Origin: a virus
Lineage: Duplodnaviria; Caudoviricetes
Length of the DNA stretch: 64,000 nt
Strand: one strand, 5' to 3'
IMG/VR virus record: IMGVR_UViG_3300016476_001378
In this document: positions 8,801 through 19,548 of the stretch, in pieces
Layout: every line of letters begins with the position of its first letter
Numbering within the stretch: the stretch's first letter is position 1
Program-made: the position numbers and the translations under genes
Notes under the pieces: generated by a model
The model's database searches: none
Seen by the model: the letters and a program-made list of their open reading frames with translations, nothing else
What the model was told of the DNA's origin: nothing

Positions 8801-11800
8801 ATGTCATTAAGATGGTTGAACTCCAAACTGGAACCCCATAACGCACTCCATTATAAGGTGTTGCCTTAAAAATGTAAACTTCATTTTTCTTTGTTGAATT
8901 TGCAGGTACTGTTTTGCCAACAAACTTCACAACATTTGGATTGTCTTGCAAATACCATTCAATAAGAGTTTCATCTGGTGTGTTGTCAACATTGCCAGGA
9001 TTTCTATAAGTGTATCTGGCTGTCAATTCATCCTTGATAGATGCAGAAGCCAATCCAGTTATTGAGTCTACAGACAAGCTTGGAGAAGAAATAAATACAG
9101 CTTCAGACATCTCTGACAGAGTCGTATTAATCCCGCCGCTATTGCTTTGAGATAGATAAACAATACTGCTTCCAGGCACTAAAGAAACATAATAATTGAC
9201 ACCTGTCGCATTTGTTGTCAATGCTATAGGAGAAACAACAATTGACTGACCTGCAGTAATTACTATAGTTGCCAAATTACTTATTACTGTTTCGCCGCTG
9301 TTATTGGTGAAAGAATAAGCAACTTTGTATGTGCCAGCTGCAAAATTGCTCGTAGTACTGCTAGAAGCAGATACAGTTGGTGCTGTTGCAGGAGGCGCAA
9401 TAACAGGGCTTGAGGTATTGGTTGTCACCGGCTTCTTTAATGATAAAATATAAGGGGGCTCATCATTATCAAGAGTTACCACTTGCGATGCAACTTTTGA
9501 GCCTATTTTATATCCATCAGAAGGTATGACTTCTACAAAAATTTTGTCAGCATTTCCAAAAACAGAGCCTGTACCAACGTCAGACTTCTTTTCTGTGACC
9601 CTGTTGTTGTAATCAGTTAAAAGAATATAAGTTTGTCCATTGTATGTTTGTGTTGCTTGGCCAACAGTACTCTGCCCAGATCTGTATCTCCACCATTTAA
9701 TTTGGGTACCATTTTCACTGGCCCCTTCATTTGAATTAAATGTGTATCCTACAGTCAGCCTCTCATAAATTGTTGGGTTAATAACTGAACCAACAGAATC
9801 TAAATGTATTGGCAACAATTTAACATCAGTGGCGTAAGGAGCTGTTGTATTTTCATATTCTCCTATAAGCTGTGGGTTATCCAAAACACTATAGAACAAT
9901 GTAAAATTTTTAATGTCTAAAGGTATTGCATTACCAAAAGAGTCTACCGTTGGATCAAAATTTCTAATTTCAACACCAACTTTATAAACTCCAGAATGTT
10001 CTACAAATACAGATACTGTATCAGTTAATTCTCTTTCTTTGTGGAATGTTATCGTTCCGTCATCTGGACTTGACCAATAACCACCTCTAAAGATTTCCTG
10101 GTTTATCAAAACAACAATAGAAGCGTCGTGTGGCCATCTCCCGTTAGACAAATAATAAGTTTTATAATCTAACGTGGATGTTGTTTCACCCCTTGTGGCA
10201 TAAAGACCAGGTGGTGTTGTAATGGTTACTCTAATTGTTGTTCCAGATTGACTTGTTGAAAAAGTTATAAGGCCCAAATTATTATTATAAATATAGGCCG
10301 TTGGAGGTACAACCACTTCCAAGCCAGACCCTATCTGTTGGTAAACTTTTACCACATCAGTAGTAGCCCAAGTTTTTATTGTGGCATAAGTAGTGTCGGT
10401 GTAAACATAATATTGCTTACCTTCTGAATCTGTTCTTGTTGGCAATCTGTCAACAACCACTTCCTTAGTAAACAAAACGCCCTGTTGCCTATTTGGCAAT
10501 GCACTTTTACGGGTTGTGTGTACTGGTGAAAAATCAGCAAAATCTGTAGATTCTCCTCGACAAATACCCCATGTTGCCCTCGCTGTCTCTGGCAAAAATT
10601 GAGTGGCCGTAAGAAGAGTTTCAAACATCATACCATTAATTGGCTGCGAAGGAGTAAACAAATATTGAATTGATGGGCTTACGACAGTGTGGGTCAAAGA
10701 TGTAATAAATGGCTTATCTGGTGCAGAACCAGTCCATCCATCTTTTAGCGTTATCTTATATTCTAATACCAAAATTTCTTCTTTAATAATAAATGGAACT
10801 GCTGTTTCAATAGTTACCCAAGGCGTGAAATTTAATCTGTCAAAAGACCATCTGGCTTGAACAATACAAGTTTTGCCATTAATACTTGGGGTTGAAGGAG
10901 AATAAACTGCATCAATTTGACTGATCCATGTTGGGTCATCATAATCAAATGTCTTACTCCAAGTTGCAGCAAATAAAGAATTAGTACCATTGTGCAAAAG
11001 TGAAGTCTTGGCATCATCCCAGTCATTGCCAGATGCAATGTGAAAATGTCTACCAAAACTTTCAGAAGACATAGTTCTTAAATAAGTTTCTTTGTGCGAA
11101 GAGCCTATGCCAAAAGTAAATACAGGGGCCCCTGTATCATTCCAAGCGCCCTGCGCCGCCTGAACAGATTGACCCACAGAATCAGGGCTTGAATTGTCTC
11201 CATCTGCTATTATCATAGCCATTGGAGTAAATGAGTTAGCCCATCTGCTAACAACGAATTCGGAAACATCGTTATAAAAACAGATAGTGTCAGCTGTTTG
11301 ATTGCCGCCACTCACATCTCCCCATGTACTTCTGGTTACTGGGGGTAAAGATTCCCAATAAGCTATAATGTCGTTAAGTCTCAAGCATCCTATTTCTTGC
11401 AAATACAAGACCAATTCATTTACTCTTGTAGCATTATTTAAATCATCATTCGGTTTGATAAATGCATCTAAAACACTCTGGTAATTTAAGCCATTGATGA
11501 CAAGCGGGGCGGTTCCTAAAAGAGTTGATGTAAGTCCTCTTTGGAAGAGCGATGTTGAAAACGTGCTAATGTCTGTGGCAGAATTTGTGTATCCAGAAGA
11601 TCTATTGATTTCTGCAGAACTGTAAATCCAAAAATCTAAATAAGAAACAGAATATGGGGACGAGGCACCAGGCAATGTCACCGTTGCTGTTCTATCAAAA
11701 ATATCACTTATGAATGTTGGCAAAGTATCTTTTAAAGAATAGGATAAAGTCGAAGGGTCGCTCCAAGACATAGACACAGTATCATCAACTAGCATTGCAA

Positions 11801-12005
11801 CTAAAAATTTTGCATCTGTAGTCATTTGGCCGCTGTCATCAACAATGGCACCACGATAAGTGCCAGAAGCAAAATCTGCATCTACTTCTACATAGGTGGG
11901 TGTAACAGGCGTGTCAAAATAGGCCTTAAAGAAGAAATCCTCGGACGAACTGGCTGTCCAGCTGCTTCCTGAGTATCTTATTAATTTTCCGTCTGAATAT
12001 GGCAT
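8799..12005 (-). CDS. Large tail/baseplate-like protein with vWA domain and Ig-like repeats
   Basis: MLVDDTVSM (MIDAS-like DxTxS), MIIADGD, PVFTFGIG, YLRTMSSESFGRHFHI; two C-terminal Ig-like repeats (LT.xYT...I.WW/WY...P.DG/NG). Confidence 0.7.
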   Translation of the reverse strand: MPYSDGKLIRYSGSSWTASSSEDFFFKAYFDTPVTPTYVEVDADFASGTYRGAIVDDSGQMTTDAKFLVAMLVDDTVSMSWSDPSTLSYSLKDTLPTFISDIFDRTATVTLPGASSPYSVSYLDFWIYSSAEINRSSGYTNSATDISTFSTSLFQRGLTSTLLGTAPLVINGLNYQSVLDAFIKPNDDLNNATRVNELVLYLQEIGCLRLNDIIAYWESLPPVTRSTWGDVSGGNQTADTICFYNDVSEFVVSRWANSFTPMAMIIADGDNSSPDSVGQSVQAAQGAWNDTGAPVFTFGIGSSHKETYLRTMSSESFGRHFHIASGNDWDDAKTSLLHNGTNSLFAATWSKTFDYDDPTWISQIDAVYSPSTPSINGKTCIVQARWSFDRLNFTPWVTIETAVPFIIKEEILVLEYKITLKDGWTGSAPDKPFITSLTHTVVSPSIQYLFTPSQPINGMMFETLLTATQFLPETARATWGICRGESTDFADFSPVHTTRKSALPNRQQGVLFTKEVVVDRLPTRTDSEGKQYYVYTDTTYATIKTWATTDVVKVYQQIGSGLEVVVPPTAYIYNNNLGLITFSTSQSGTTIRVTITTPPGLYATRGETTSTLDYKTYYLSNGRWPHDASIVVLINQEIFRGGYWSSPDDGTITFHKERELTDTVSVFVEHSGVYKVGVEIRNFDPTVDSFGNAIPLDIKNFTLFYSVLDNPQLIGEYENTTAPYATDVKLLPIHLDSVGSVINPTIYERLTVGYTFNSNEGASENGTQIKWWRYRSGQSTVGQATQTYNGQTYILLTDYNNRVTEKKSDVGTGSVFGNADKIFVEVIPSDGYKIGSKVASQVVTLDNDEPPYILSLKKPVTTNTSSPVIAPPATAPTVSASSSTTSNFAAGTYKVAYSFTNNSGETVISNLATIVITAGQSIVVSPIALTTNATGVNYYVSLVPGSSIVYLSQSNSGGINTTLSEMSEAVFISSPSLSVDSITGLASASIKDELTARYTYRNPGNVDNTPDETLIEWYLQDNPNVVKFVGKTVPANSTKKNEVYIFKATPYNGVRYGVPVWSSTILMT

Positions 12006-12019
12006 TAAAATTCACCTGT

Positions 12020-15000
12020 TTATAAATTGGATTTAAACCACTTAATAATGTTAGTTGGAGATGGCCCCGTAATTGGATTTTCACTGCTATCAAGTTCTCT
12101 TGCAACTAACGCGTATGTAGTTGTGGTTGTAAGACCAGTAACATTAATTATAAATGATTTAAAGCCAGGATATTCTATTTCTGAAGCAATTAATTTTTCA
12201 GGAAGAGTGTATTGAATAGAATTATTATAAACCCTAAAATCCCCAATCCTTGCTATTCTTGTTGGAGGCGTGTCAAGATTAGTATCAACACTGTCCTTGA
12301 GAGCTATTCTCCAATATTGATGGCTTGCTAAATTTGCAGATGTGTTGATAGACGGAGGAGAAGCCGCTCCACCAGCTGGTCCTACACCCTTATCAAGATA
12401 GACGGTGGTGGCAGAATTTCCAAGATAAACTTCAGAACCACCAACTCTTCCATAGATGTTATAAGAAATAGCTCCAGCAACTGCTGACCATTGAATAATG
12501 TTATAGTTTGAAACATCCAAGGTAGAATTTAAACCTGACCTTGACACTGTTGCCGCAGTAGTTTCGCCCAAATAACTCACAGCTGTAATCTTGTAAGAAT
12601 AGGAGCCAAGTCCATCGATGGTGCCAATACCATTAAGGGTTACATTTGCTGGTAAGTCTAATGGAGCATCAAATAACTTCCAAGTGACATCTTCCCATTT
12701 TCCAGCACCACCATGGATCGGAGCAATAAATTCATGAACTAGAGTCCAATCTGTTCCATTGTCTGAGTACTCAAAAATAAATGTAGGATTCTGTGTGTAA
12801 TAAACCTGAGCAGTCATTTGGTTTACATTTTTGCTTGATGTTAAATTGTAAATGGCTGTGATGCCAGCGTATGCAAGTGGGTCACCAATTAATGTATTAG
12901 TTGACTCTTCATAAGTTTTCTTGTCATTTAAGTAATTATCAGTTAAATTTTTTGTAGCCGAGCCAGAATTATTTCTATAATCGGGGCCCCAAATCAATGT
13001 ATTAGTTGATAAATTATTAATTGTCAAAGGTGAAGATAAGTTTGGCAAATATTCTCCACCTGATAAAACAGTATTATAAATACCCACTGTCAAAACATTA
13101 TCGAGTGATGGATCTGTTGGATCAACATCGTCTCTTCCAAGGTATAAAGACACCTTATTTAAAGTACTTGATTTTGGCTTAAATGTTTGTGCCAAATAAC
13201 CATTGGTAAAATATTCACCAGAGTCTATGCTGCTTCTAAAGCTAACGCATGGGTCACCTTCATCAGGTAATTCATTTGTTTTGTACCAAGAGTCACCTTC
13301 GTCATTTGAATACCAAAGGCCTTGATCCGTAGCGACAAGCAAGCAATCACCGCCCAAAGATTTGATATCATGTATTGCTAAATCTTGACCGTTGATTCTT
13401 TCGCATCTTTCAAATGTTCTAGCATCATCGAAACTGCGATAGACACCCTTGTCCGTTCCTACAAAAATCTTGTAAATGAACTTGTCTTCTCCAATAAGCT
13501 CACTGGCAGTTGCATAACATGTACATGAAAGCCCTTCAAGGTTATGGTTTGCAACTACAAAATCTCCCGAAGAAGCATCATTTGGATCACACCAGCGCCA
13601 ATTTATAACAGTAAACACTCCATTCGAAGATAAAATTATAATTGGTACAGGCGGCTGGTTGTTCTTAGTGGGCTTGGGGCTATTAAAGACCTTATAGTAT
13701 TTAACACTTACCTGTTTTGTGCCGCCATCAGGAAGATTTACAGTTACTAAGTTTGGATTGGCCCCAAACATTTCTCTACCAGAAAGCAATGAAGAATAGT
13801 CACTGCTACGAGCACCATCACAAACTCCATAGAGTCCGTTGTTGGTGCACAGGAACAAAACATCTACTAGTGTTTGTTTTTGTCCACCTTGGCCGTCGTC
13901 GACCAAACGATAGAATTTATTTTTATAAAGACCATAAACATTCTTTTCATCAACTGCATCAAAGTGGTCTGAAATAAATGAACCATCTGACTTTTGTCGA
14001 ACAAAAGACAAACCGTCATTTTTACCATAGGCTATAAACGTATAATTTGTGCCCCAAGCACCTGTAGCATGATCAAATATTGCTTGTGGGAATGTTGCGT
14101 TTAAAGACCAAGATAAATCATCTTGCTGTTCAAATAATCCAATATCTGTCCCAGCCATGAGCGAAGAACTACCATCTTGTGGCTTGATAAAATACACCTT
14201 GCCAGCATTATTTAAAGCTGTTTCTTTTTTCCACAAGCCAGCAGATGATGAGTAAATCCAAATACCCTTGTCTGTTCCGATTCTTAAGTTATCACCAGAA
14301 TACGATGGGTTATAGATGTAATAAAAAGATCTTGGTGGAGCAGCAGAGTTTGTTTCTGAAGGAACCAAACCTACATAATATGAGGATGAAGAACCTCTTA
14401 CATCTGGCGGTGTTGTTGAAAAATCATAGAATAATGAATTAACGGGGCCCCTTTTTGCAAATTCAGCATAAACAGGAACTGGCTCAGAGAAAAAGTTCGT
14501 AAAGAGCTTAGGAAAAATCAAATTATCACTTAGGTCTTTTGCAGACATAGCGGCCAAACTCAATTGAGACAAGTTTGCTCCAGCTACAGAATTAAAATGA
14601 TAATATTGATTTGCCTGTGCAAGTGTAATTTGGTCTTCTATTCCTGGAACAGAACCAGCGGCGACAGCATAAACTTCTGTATTTGTTGCTGGTAGAGTCA
14701 AAGATGTTGAAGGTCTTGTACTTAATAAGAAGATTTCCCTAATGCCTGTTTTTGAATTTACAGAAACCTTAACAGGTGTGCGCTCATAAACCGCACCTGC
14801 TGTCCAGACCAAGTCTAATAGAGTGGTATTTAAAGGAATAGAATTTGGCTCTGACACAAAAATCTGAGTATTGCTTGGTGCTGCAGAAATTAAATCTGAT
14901 GCAAGTTTAGTGAGCAAAGCACCTCTTACAAGAGAGTTAGGCTGTTCTGCATGTGGAGTCACACCTGTATTTTTTATGTACTTATTTAATTTAATTATTG

Positions 15001-18000
15001 TAATTTTAACAACATCAGCAGGTGCCAAATTTGCCAAGAAAATAATCTGTCCCGTTGTTGGATAAACTGTGTATGGCTTTGTGGTTGCCACTTCATTCAC
15101 ATAAACAAAAACCTGGGCATCTGAATCCCAAGGATCTGTATAGAATGCAGTGAAATCATTTTCGTAAAGAAAACTTTTGCCAATTTCTGCAGCAGATGAA
15201 AATTTTACAAGCTGAAAAGCTTCATTTATAGAATAATCTGCACTATCTACAAGGCCCTCTAAGGTAGTGCCATCTGAAGAAATTGCCAATAATGATTCAG
15301 AATAAATATTAGGTGGATTTACAGCTAAGAACTTTGTAGATAATCTTTTCCAAGTTATGTTTGTAACTTTTCTATCATCTTCTAAAACTTCAACTATTGT
15401 ATTTGCTATAGAGAATACTGAAGTTCTAGTTGGAGAACTAATGATATCAATAGAGTAAATGTCAACACCATTTATGGTTGAAACATTGACATCAATTCCC
15501 AATTCTACAGAGTCTGTCGTTGATGTTAAAACAACCTTAGTATAGCCAAATAATTTGCTGGGTTCTGTGACTATAAGAATAGTATCTGTTGTATTTAATT
15601 GTGCGCCCAGGGCTAATGTCAGCAAATTGTCGGGGTTTGCAGTGTAATACAAACCCTCTTTGGTTGCAGCATAAAGATATGAAGAGTTAGAAGTGTTGAA
15701 GAAAGCCGATTTAATCTCTGCTTGGTCTTCGCTCCAATTGCCTTTATAAACGTAAGGATAATCCCACGCATAATCTTGTCCAACAATTTTCCTATCCGTT
15801 ATCAGCCATGTATTTGCTGTGCTGGTAACAACATATTTATTAGTGCCAACGCGCTCTAAAGCGTCTACGAATGGATAATCCGAAGTTGGCAAAACAATAG
15901 GATTGATTAAAATTTCTGTGAAATTTATTAAATCTACACCAAGGTTGATGGATGAATTTTGTGGATCGCTCTGCTCTGTGTAAAATAAAGCCCAAACACT
16001 TCTTGCCCAGTTAGTTCCTGCAGTAATTTGAACCCAAGTAGAAGTCGTAAGAGTGTCTGAAGATCTTGCCCAAACACCATTAGAGCCTGTACCAGCGCTA
16101 GTTACAGAATAAATTCCATTTTGTTTTTGGTCTGTTTGTCCCTTGACTAAAATTTTATTACCGTTACTAAGAGTTATTCCATCTACAATTAATGGGGCCG
16201 CATTTAAATTTATATTGCTTGTGGTAATAGTCAGACAGCTAATTTTATTAGCCAAAGAAAATCTAGTAGTGCTATAATCTGATAATGGGTGTAACCATTC
16301 AGATGTGTATGAATTAGTTCCTCTAGTTTCAATTCTACGAGCTGTGTGGGAAATGTTTACTTTGGTATCTGTAAACCACAATAAATCATTCGTTGAGGTT
16401 CCCCTTATCCAAAGGAATCCCTTTGGAATCTCTGTGGACACAAGCCTGGTTGAAACATAAGCACCGCTGTCAGAAGCTACTGAGAATCCTTTATCAGAAC
16501 CAATGTAAATGGTTCTGTCGTACGAATATGTTGTGCTTCCTTCAACTGTGTTTACTCGCTGGGTAACAACCTCTGCGAGTGCATAAATTTTCTTATCACC
16601 TGACACATTGGACCAAGCATCTGACCAAGCCCAATCTGCATCTGATTGATTTTCTTGTATGATTGCTGTAAATAATCCGACATTGGTTCCAAGGTACAAA
16701 AGTGTGTACCATTTATACTTTATTAATCCATTTTCTTCATAAGACTCTATCTGAGTGCTTGCCAAAAACGCAGTGGCAACAACAGAAGAACTAGTTGCGC
16801 CTATAACTGGCATTTTTAATTTTTGCCATGTAACACCCTTATCATAAGACTTATAAACTCTGCCCTGATTTGTTAAAACATAAATGGTTTCAAATCTATT
16901 GGAAGATACATTAACTTCACTAGCTCTCATGATATCATCTACCACAGAGATGATTTCACCATTGTCAGGGTTCCAAGAAGAATCAAAGTTTACATTTGTA
17001 AGAGCTGTGCCTTGCATCAGCCCTCTTTTTGTGCCAAAATAAAATGTTCCAGCTTTATTAACAGATGTTGAAATTCTCAAAATTTCAGTGTTGTATTGTA
17101 AATCTTGTGTTGTATCTTCTGGATAAAATTTTTGGTGGTCGCCTGCTGAAAAAAGTTTTTTAGTCGGTCTTAAAAGAGCACTTTCAAAATATCTAACCTG
17201 ACCAACGTGATCCATGGGTGAAATTCTTCTAGGATCTAATTGATTTTTAGTAAATAATGAACCATTGATGTTTTTTAATCTTGTTCCTGGTAACAAGCCA
17301 GTAATTTCTCTGCCAACTTTTTCAAGTACTACATACAGATTTAATGTTGGATCTGTCAAAATTGGATCGAAAGCGATTGTGCCTTGTCCTGGCACTAAGG
17401 TATACAAATCAGAAGAGACAACTACATCATTTAAATAAACAGTAGGCTCTAAATATTCTCCAGAATCCCAAGTTTGTGTTAAAAAGATTAAATTGTCTGT
17501 TACAGTTGAGCCTTGCTTTATTGTTAATTTAATTTGTGGTGATAATGGCAAAATAATTTGAATGACAGAATCAACAGTTAATGAATTTTTTAAATAAATG
17601 CGGCCTGTGGCAGGGTCTAAAGTGTATGCACTTGCAGGAAGTAAAGTATTGTTTAATCTAACTTCTGGGAAGCCATAGTTTGCCGCCACCCAACTCGACA
17701 CTCTGCTGTCATTTTCGTCATAGGTTAAGAAGATGGTGGATCCAATGGGGCCCTTTGCAAAAAGCGTTCTTGTTGTTGAAAGATTGATCTTGCTTGGATG
17801 GTCTGCACCACCCAGGTGGACATGCTTGTAAAATCCACGTCTAAGAGCAGCTTCAAATGCGCCCTCTAGATTTTGCAAAGCATTTCTGCGATCATCGTAC
17901 TCTACATAATCAACATAGACATTGAATAGTCCACCAGTTTTTGTATTAACCTGCACATTGGCAAGATAAGTTGCTAGATGATAACTATCATAATTATAAT

Positions 18001-18859
18001 CTGGATCAGATGGACTGACTATTAAAGCCTTGCCTTCTGTTGCCAAACATGGACTACTAGAAGCCCAAACATAATAAACGTTTGATGCGTAGTATCTAAA
18101 GTAAACAGTTTCTTCTGTGTAAGCCTTGTAAAGACCAACTATTCCTTCACCAGGGGTAACTCGCACACATTGCTCAAAAGCATTTTGGAAATTTATAGCA
18201 GTTGAGCCAAGAGTAAAAGAAGGGTTGATATCTAATGTCCAAATAGTCTTGCCATTAGTGTCGCCAGACAATGACCAATAACAATAAAAAGCGGCCTTAG
18301 ACGCTAAAAATTCACTCCCTGAATTTAAACTGGAGTGTCGAGTCAAGACCCAATTCTGGCTTTCAGATCCTTGATTTGTTACTGTATAGATACCGTTTTG
18401 TTGTGGTGTGCTTTGGTTTTTTACAATGACATTGTTGCCATTTGAAAGTGTAACACCATCAATTGCAAGTCTGGCTTGTGTGCTATTGTTGGTAAGGGTA
18501 CCTAAGCCATTATCGTAATTAGCAGAAAGGCTGCCAACAGTAGCAGCGGAGCAGCTTATAATAGGCTGCATGTTCATAGCTATAATTCTGCGACCCAAAT
18601 AAGAATCCAAGCTACTAATAGCCCCATCGAATAAAGCTATCTGTTCATTCCTAATGGCTGTATTTAATGATTCAGAATAGCTGGGATCAGATACCATTTT
18701 AGTAACATCCCAGCCTGTTCGAACACCGACACCAATAAATCCATAAAGGCCCCCAAATTGATTATCGCTGGTGACCATGTTTTTCTCATCGTTGTAAGGG
18801 TAAACGATGTCGCCCCTCTCATGAGTATAAAATTGATAAATTGGTGTTATTTTTGCCAT
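12020..18859 (-). CDS. Giant mosaic tail fibre/receptor-binding-like protein (Asp-box propellers, two QNGIY modules, FN3-like domain)
   Basis: 2279 aa; Asp-boxes SYDKGVTW, SFDDARTF, SNDEGDSW; repeated GTDxGL/V blades; KNQ..QNGIY and KGQ..QNGIY modules. Confidence 0.75.
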   Translation of the reverse strand: MAKITPIYQFYTHERGDIVYPYNDEKNMVTSDNQFGGLYGFIGVGVRTGWDVTKMVSDPSYSESLNTAIRNEQIALFDGAISSLDSYLGRRIIAMNMQPIISCSAATVGSLSANYDNGLGTLTNNSTQARLAIDGVTLSNGNNVIVKNQSTPQQNGIYTVTNQGSESQNWVLTRHSSLNSGSEFLASKAAFYCYWSLSGDTNGKTIWTLDINPSFTLGSTAINFQNAFEQCVRVTPGEGIVGLYKAYTEETVYFRYYASNVYYVWASSSPCLATEGKALIVSPSDPDYNYDSYHLATYLANVQVNTKTGGLFNVYVDYVEYDDRRNALQNLEGAFEAALRRGFYKHVHLGGADHPSKINLSTTRTLFAKGPIGSTIFLTYDENDSRVSSWVAANYGFPEVRLNNTLLPASAYTLDPATGRIYLKNSLTVDSVIQIILPLSPQIKLTIKQGSTVTDNLIFLTQTWDSGEYLEPTVYLNDVVVSSDLYTLVPGQGTIAFDPILTDPTLNLYVVLEKVGREITGLLPGTRLKNINGSLFTKNQLDPRRISPMDHVGQVRYFESALLRPTKKLFSAGDHQKFYPEDTTQDLQYNTEILRISTSVNKAGTFYFGTKRGLMQGTALTNVNFDSSWNPDNGEIISVVDDIMRASEVNVSSNRFETIYVLTNQGRVYKSYDKGVTWQKLKMPVIGATSSSVVATAFLASTQIESYEENGLIKYKWYTLLYLGTNVGLFTAIIQENQSDADWAWSDAWSNVSGDKKIYALAEVVTQRVNTVEGSTTYSYDRTIYIGSDKGFSVASDSGAYVSTRLVSTEIPKGFLWIRGTSTNDLLWFTDTKVNISHTARRIETRGTNSYTSEWLHPLSDYSTTRFSLANKISCLTITTSNINLNAAPLIVDGITLSNGNKILVKGQTDQKQNGIYSVTSAGTGSNGVWARSSDTLTTSTWVQITAGTNWARSVWALFYTEQSDPQNSSINLGVDLINFTEILINPIVLPTSDYPFVDALERVGTNKYVVTSTANTWLITDRKIVGQDYAWDYPYVYKGNWSEDQAEIKSAFFNTSNSSYLYAATKEGLYYTANPDNLLTLALGAQLNTTDTILIVTEPSKLFGYTKVVLTSTTDSVELGIDVNVSTINGVDIYSIDIISSPTRTSVFSIANTIVEVLEDDRKVTNITWKRLSTKFLAVNPPNIYSESLLAISSDGTTLEGLVDSADYSINEAFQLVKFSSAAEIGKSFLYENDFTAFYTDPWDSDAQVFVYVNEVATTKPYTVYPTTGQIIFLANLAPADVVKITIIKLNKYIKNTGVTPHAEQPNSLVRGALLTKLASDLISAAPSNTQIFVSEPNSIPLNTTLLDLVWTAGAVYERTPVKVSVNSKTGIREIFLLSTRPSTSLTLPATNTEVYAVAAGSVPGIEDQITLAQANQYYHFNSVAGANLSQLSLAAMSAKDLSDNLIFPKLFTNFFSEPVPVYAEFAKRGPVNSLFYDFSTTPPDVRGSSSSYYVGLVPSETNSAAPPRSFYYIYNPSYSGDNLRIGTDKGIWIYSSSAGLWKKETALNNAGKVYFIKPQDGSSSLMAGTDIGLFEQQDDLSWSLNATFPQAIFDHATGAWGTNYTFIAYGKNDGLSFVRQKSDGSFISDHFDAVDEKNVYGLYKNKFYRLVDDGQGGQKQTLVDVLFLCTNNGLYGVCDGARSSDYSSLLSGREMFGANPNLVTVNLPDGGTKQVSVKYYKVFNSPKPTKNNQPPVPIIILSSNGVFTVINWRWCDPNDASSGDFVVANHNLEGLSCTCYATASELIGEDKFIYKIFVGTDKGVYRSFDDARTFERCERINGQDLAIHDIKSLGGDCLLVATDQGLWYSNDEGDSWYKTNELPDEGDPCVSFRSSIDSGEYFTNGYLAQTFKPKSSTLNKVSLYLGRDDVDPTDPSLDNVLTVGIYNTVLSGGEYLPNLSSPLTINNLSTNTLIWGPDYRNNSGSATKNLTDNYLNDKKTYEESTNTLIGDPLAYAGITAIYNLTSSKNVNQMTAQVYYTQNPTFIFEYSDNGTDWTLVHEFIAPIHGGAGKWEDVTWKLFDAPLDLPANVTLNGIGTIDGLGSYSYKITAVSYLGETTAATVSRSGLNSTLDVSNYNIIQWSAVAGAISYNIYGRVGGSEVYLGNSATTVYLDKGVGPAGGAASPPSINTSANLASHQYWRIALKDSVDTNLDTPPTRIARIGDFRVYNNSIQYTLPEKLIASEIEYPGFKSFIINVTGLTTTTTYALVARELDSSENPITGPSPTNIIKWFKSNL

Positions 18860-18861
18860 TT

Positions 18862-19527
18862 TTAGTAAATCTTAATGAAGCCCTGTATTACTTTAAAGGG
18901 TCTGTCTCTTCTTGCAACAGCCCCGCCATTTGTGTTATCTGTATCTGAAGTATTAAATTCAACTGTTTTAACACTATCCGAATCTATAGAATCAACAATA
19001 CCCACATGGTCTGGCAAAGAATCAGAATCGAATTGGAACAAAACGATGTATCCTGGTTTTACCAATGCTCTGTTTTTTGCATTATTGACCAAATATCTAC
19101 CTTGGTTTATAGCTACATCTCTCATTTGGTAACATGATGGACTTGGTAAAAAGAATCTGTTTTTTATAGTTAATAAAACAGTTCTAAAAACCCTTAGTGC
19201 ATTATTTGCATTGTATTTTATGCCTGATAAATTACAAAAAGCCTTGGCTGCTGCAAAGCTTAGGCCAGCCGCACAATATGGCATCCACTTATTGCCGTCT
19301 TTTACTCCCAGATTAAATAAGGCTAAAAATCTGCCAACTTGATCAATGTTGTTAGCGCGGTCAATGCCAACATATTCTTTTGCTGTGTTTAACAACGCCA
19401 TTGCAAATGTCTTATTATCGAAGGCCGCCAAAGCAGACAAATCGACTTCAAACTCTTCACTTTTAACGAGTTCTTCTAAATTAATTTCTGGAATATCTCT
19501 GTCTAAAACTTCATCATCTCGTAACAT
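18862..19527 (-). CDS. CHAP/NlpC-P60-superfamily peptidoglycan hydrolase (endolysin or tail lysin)
   Basis: AKEYVG...PYCAAGLS (Cys)...PGYIVLF...DHVGIV (His)...TVEFNT; AGGAGG SD. Confidence 0.8.
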   Translation of the reverse strand: MLRDDEVLDRDIPEINLEELVKSEEFEVDLSALAAFDNKTFAMALLNTAKEYVGIDRANNIDQVGRFLALFNLGVKDGNKWMPYCAAGLSFAAAKAFCNLSGIKYNANNALRVFRTVLLTIKNRFFLPSPSCYQMRDVAINQGRYLVNNAKNRALVKPGYIVLFQFDSDSLPDHVGIVDSIDSDSVKTVEFNTSDTDNTNGGAVARRDRPFKVIQGFIKIY

Positions 19528-19548
19528 GGTTAAACCTCCTTGACAATA

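Noticed and set aside
8280-9350. Diversity-generating retroelement template/variable repeat pair
   Set aside because: Both copies are in-frame coding, differences are not confined to adenines of one copy, and no reverse transcriptase is present in the window
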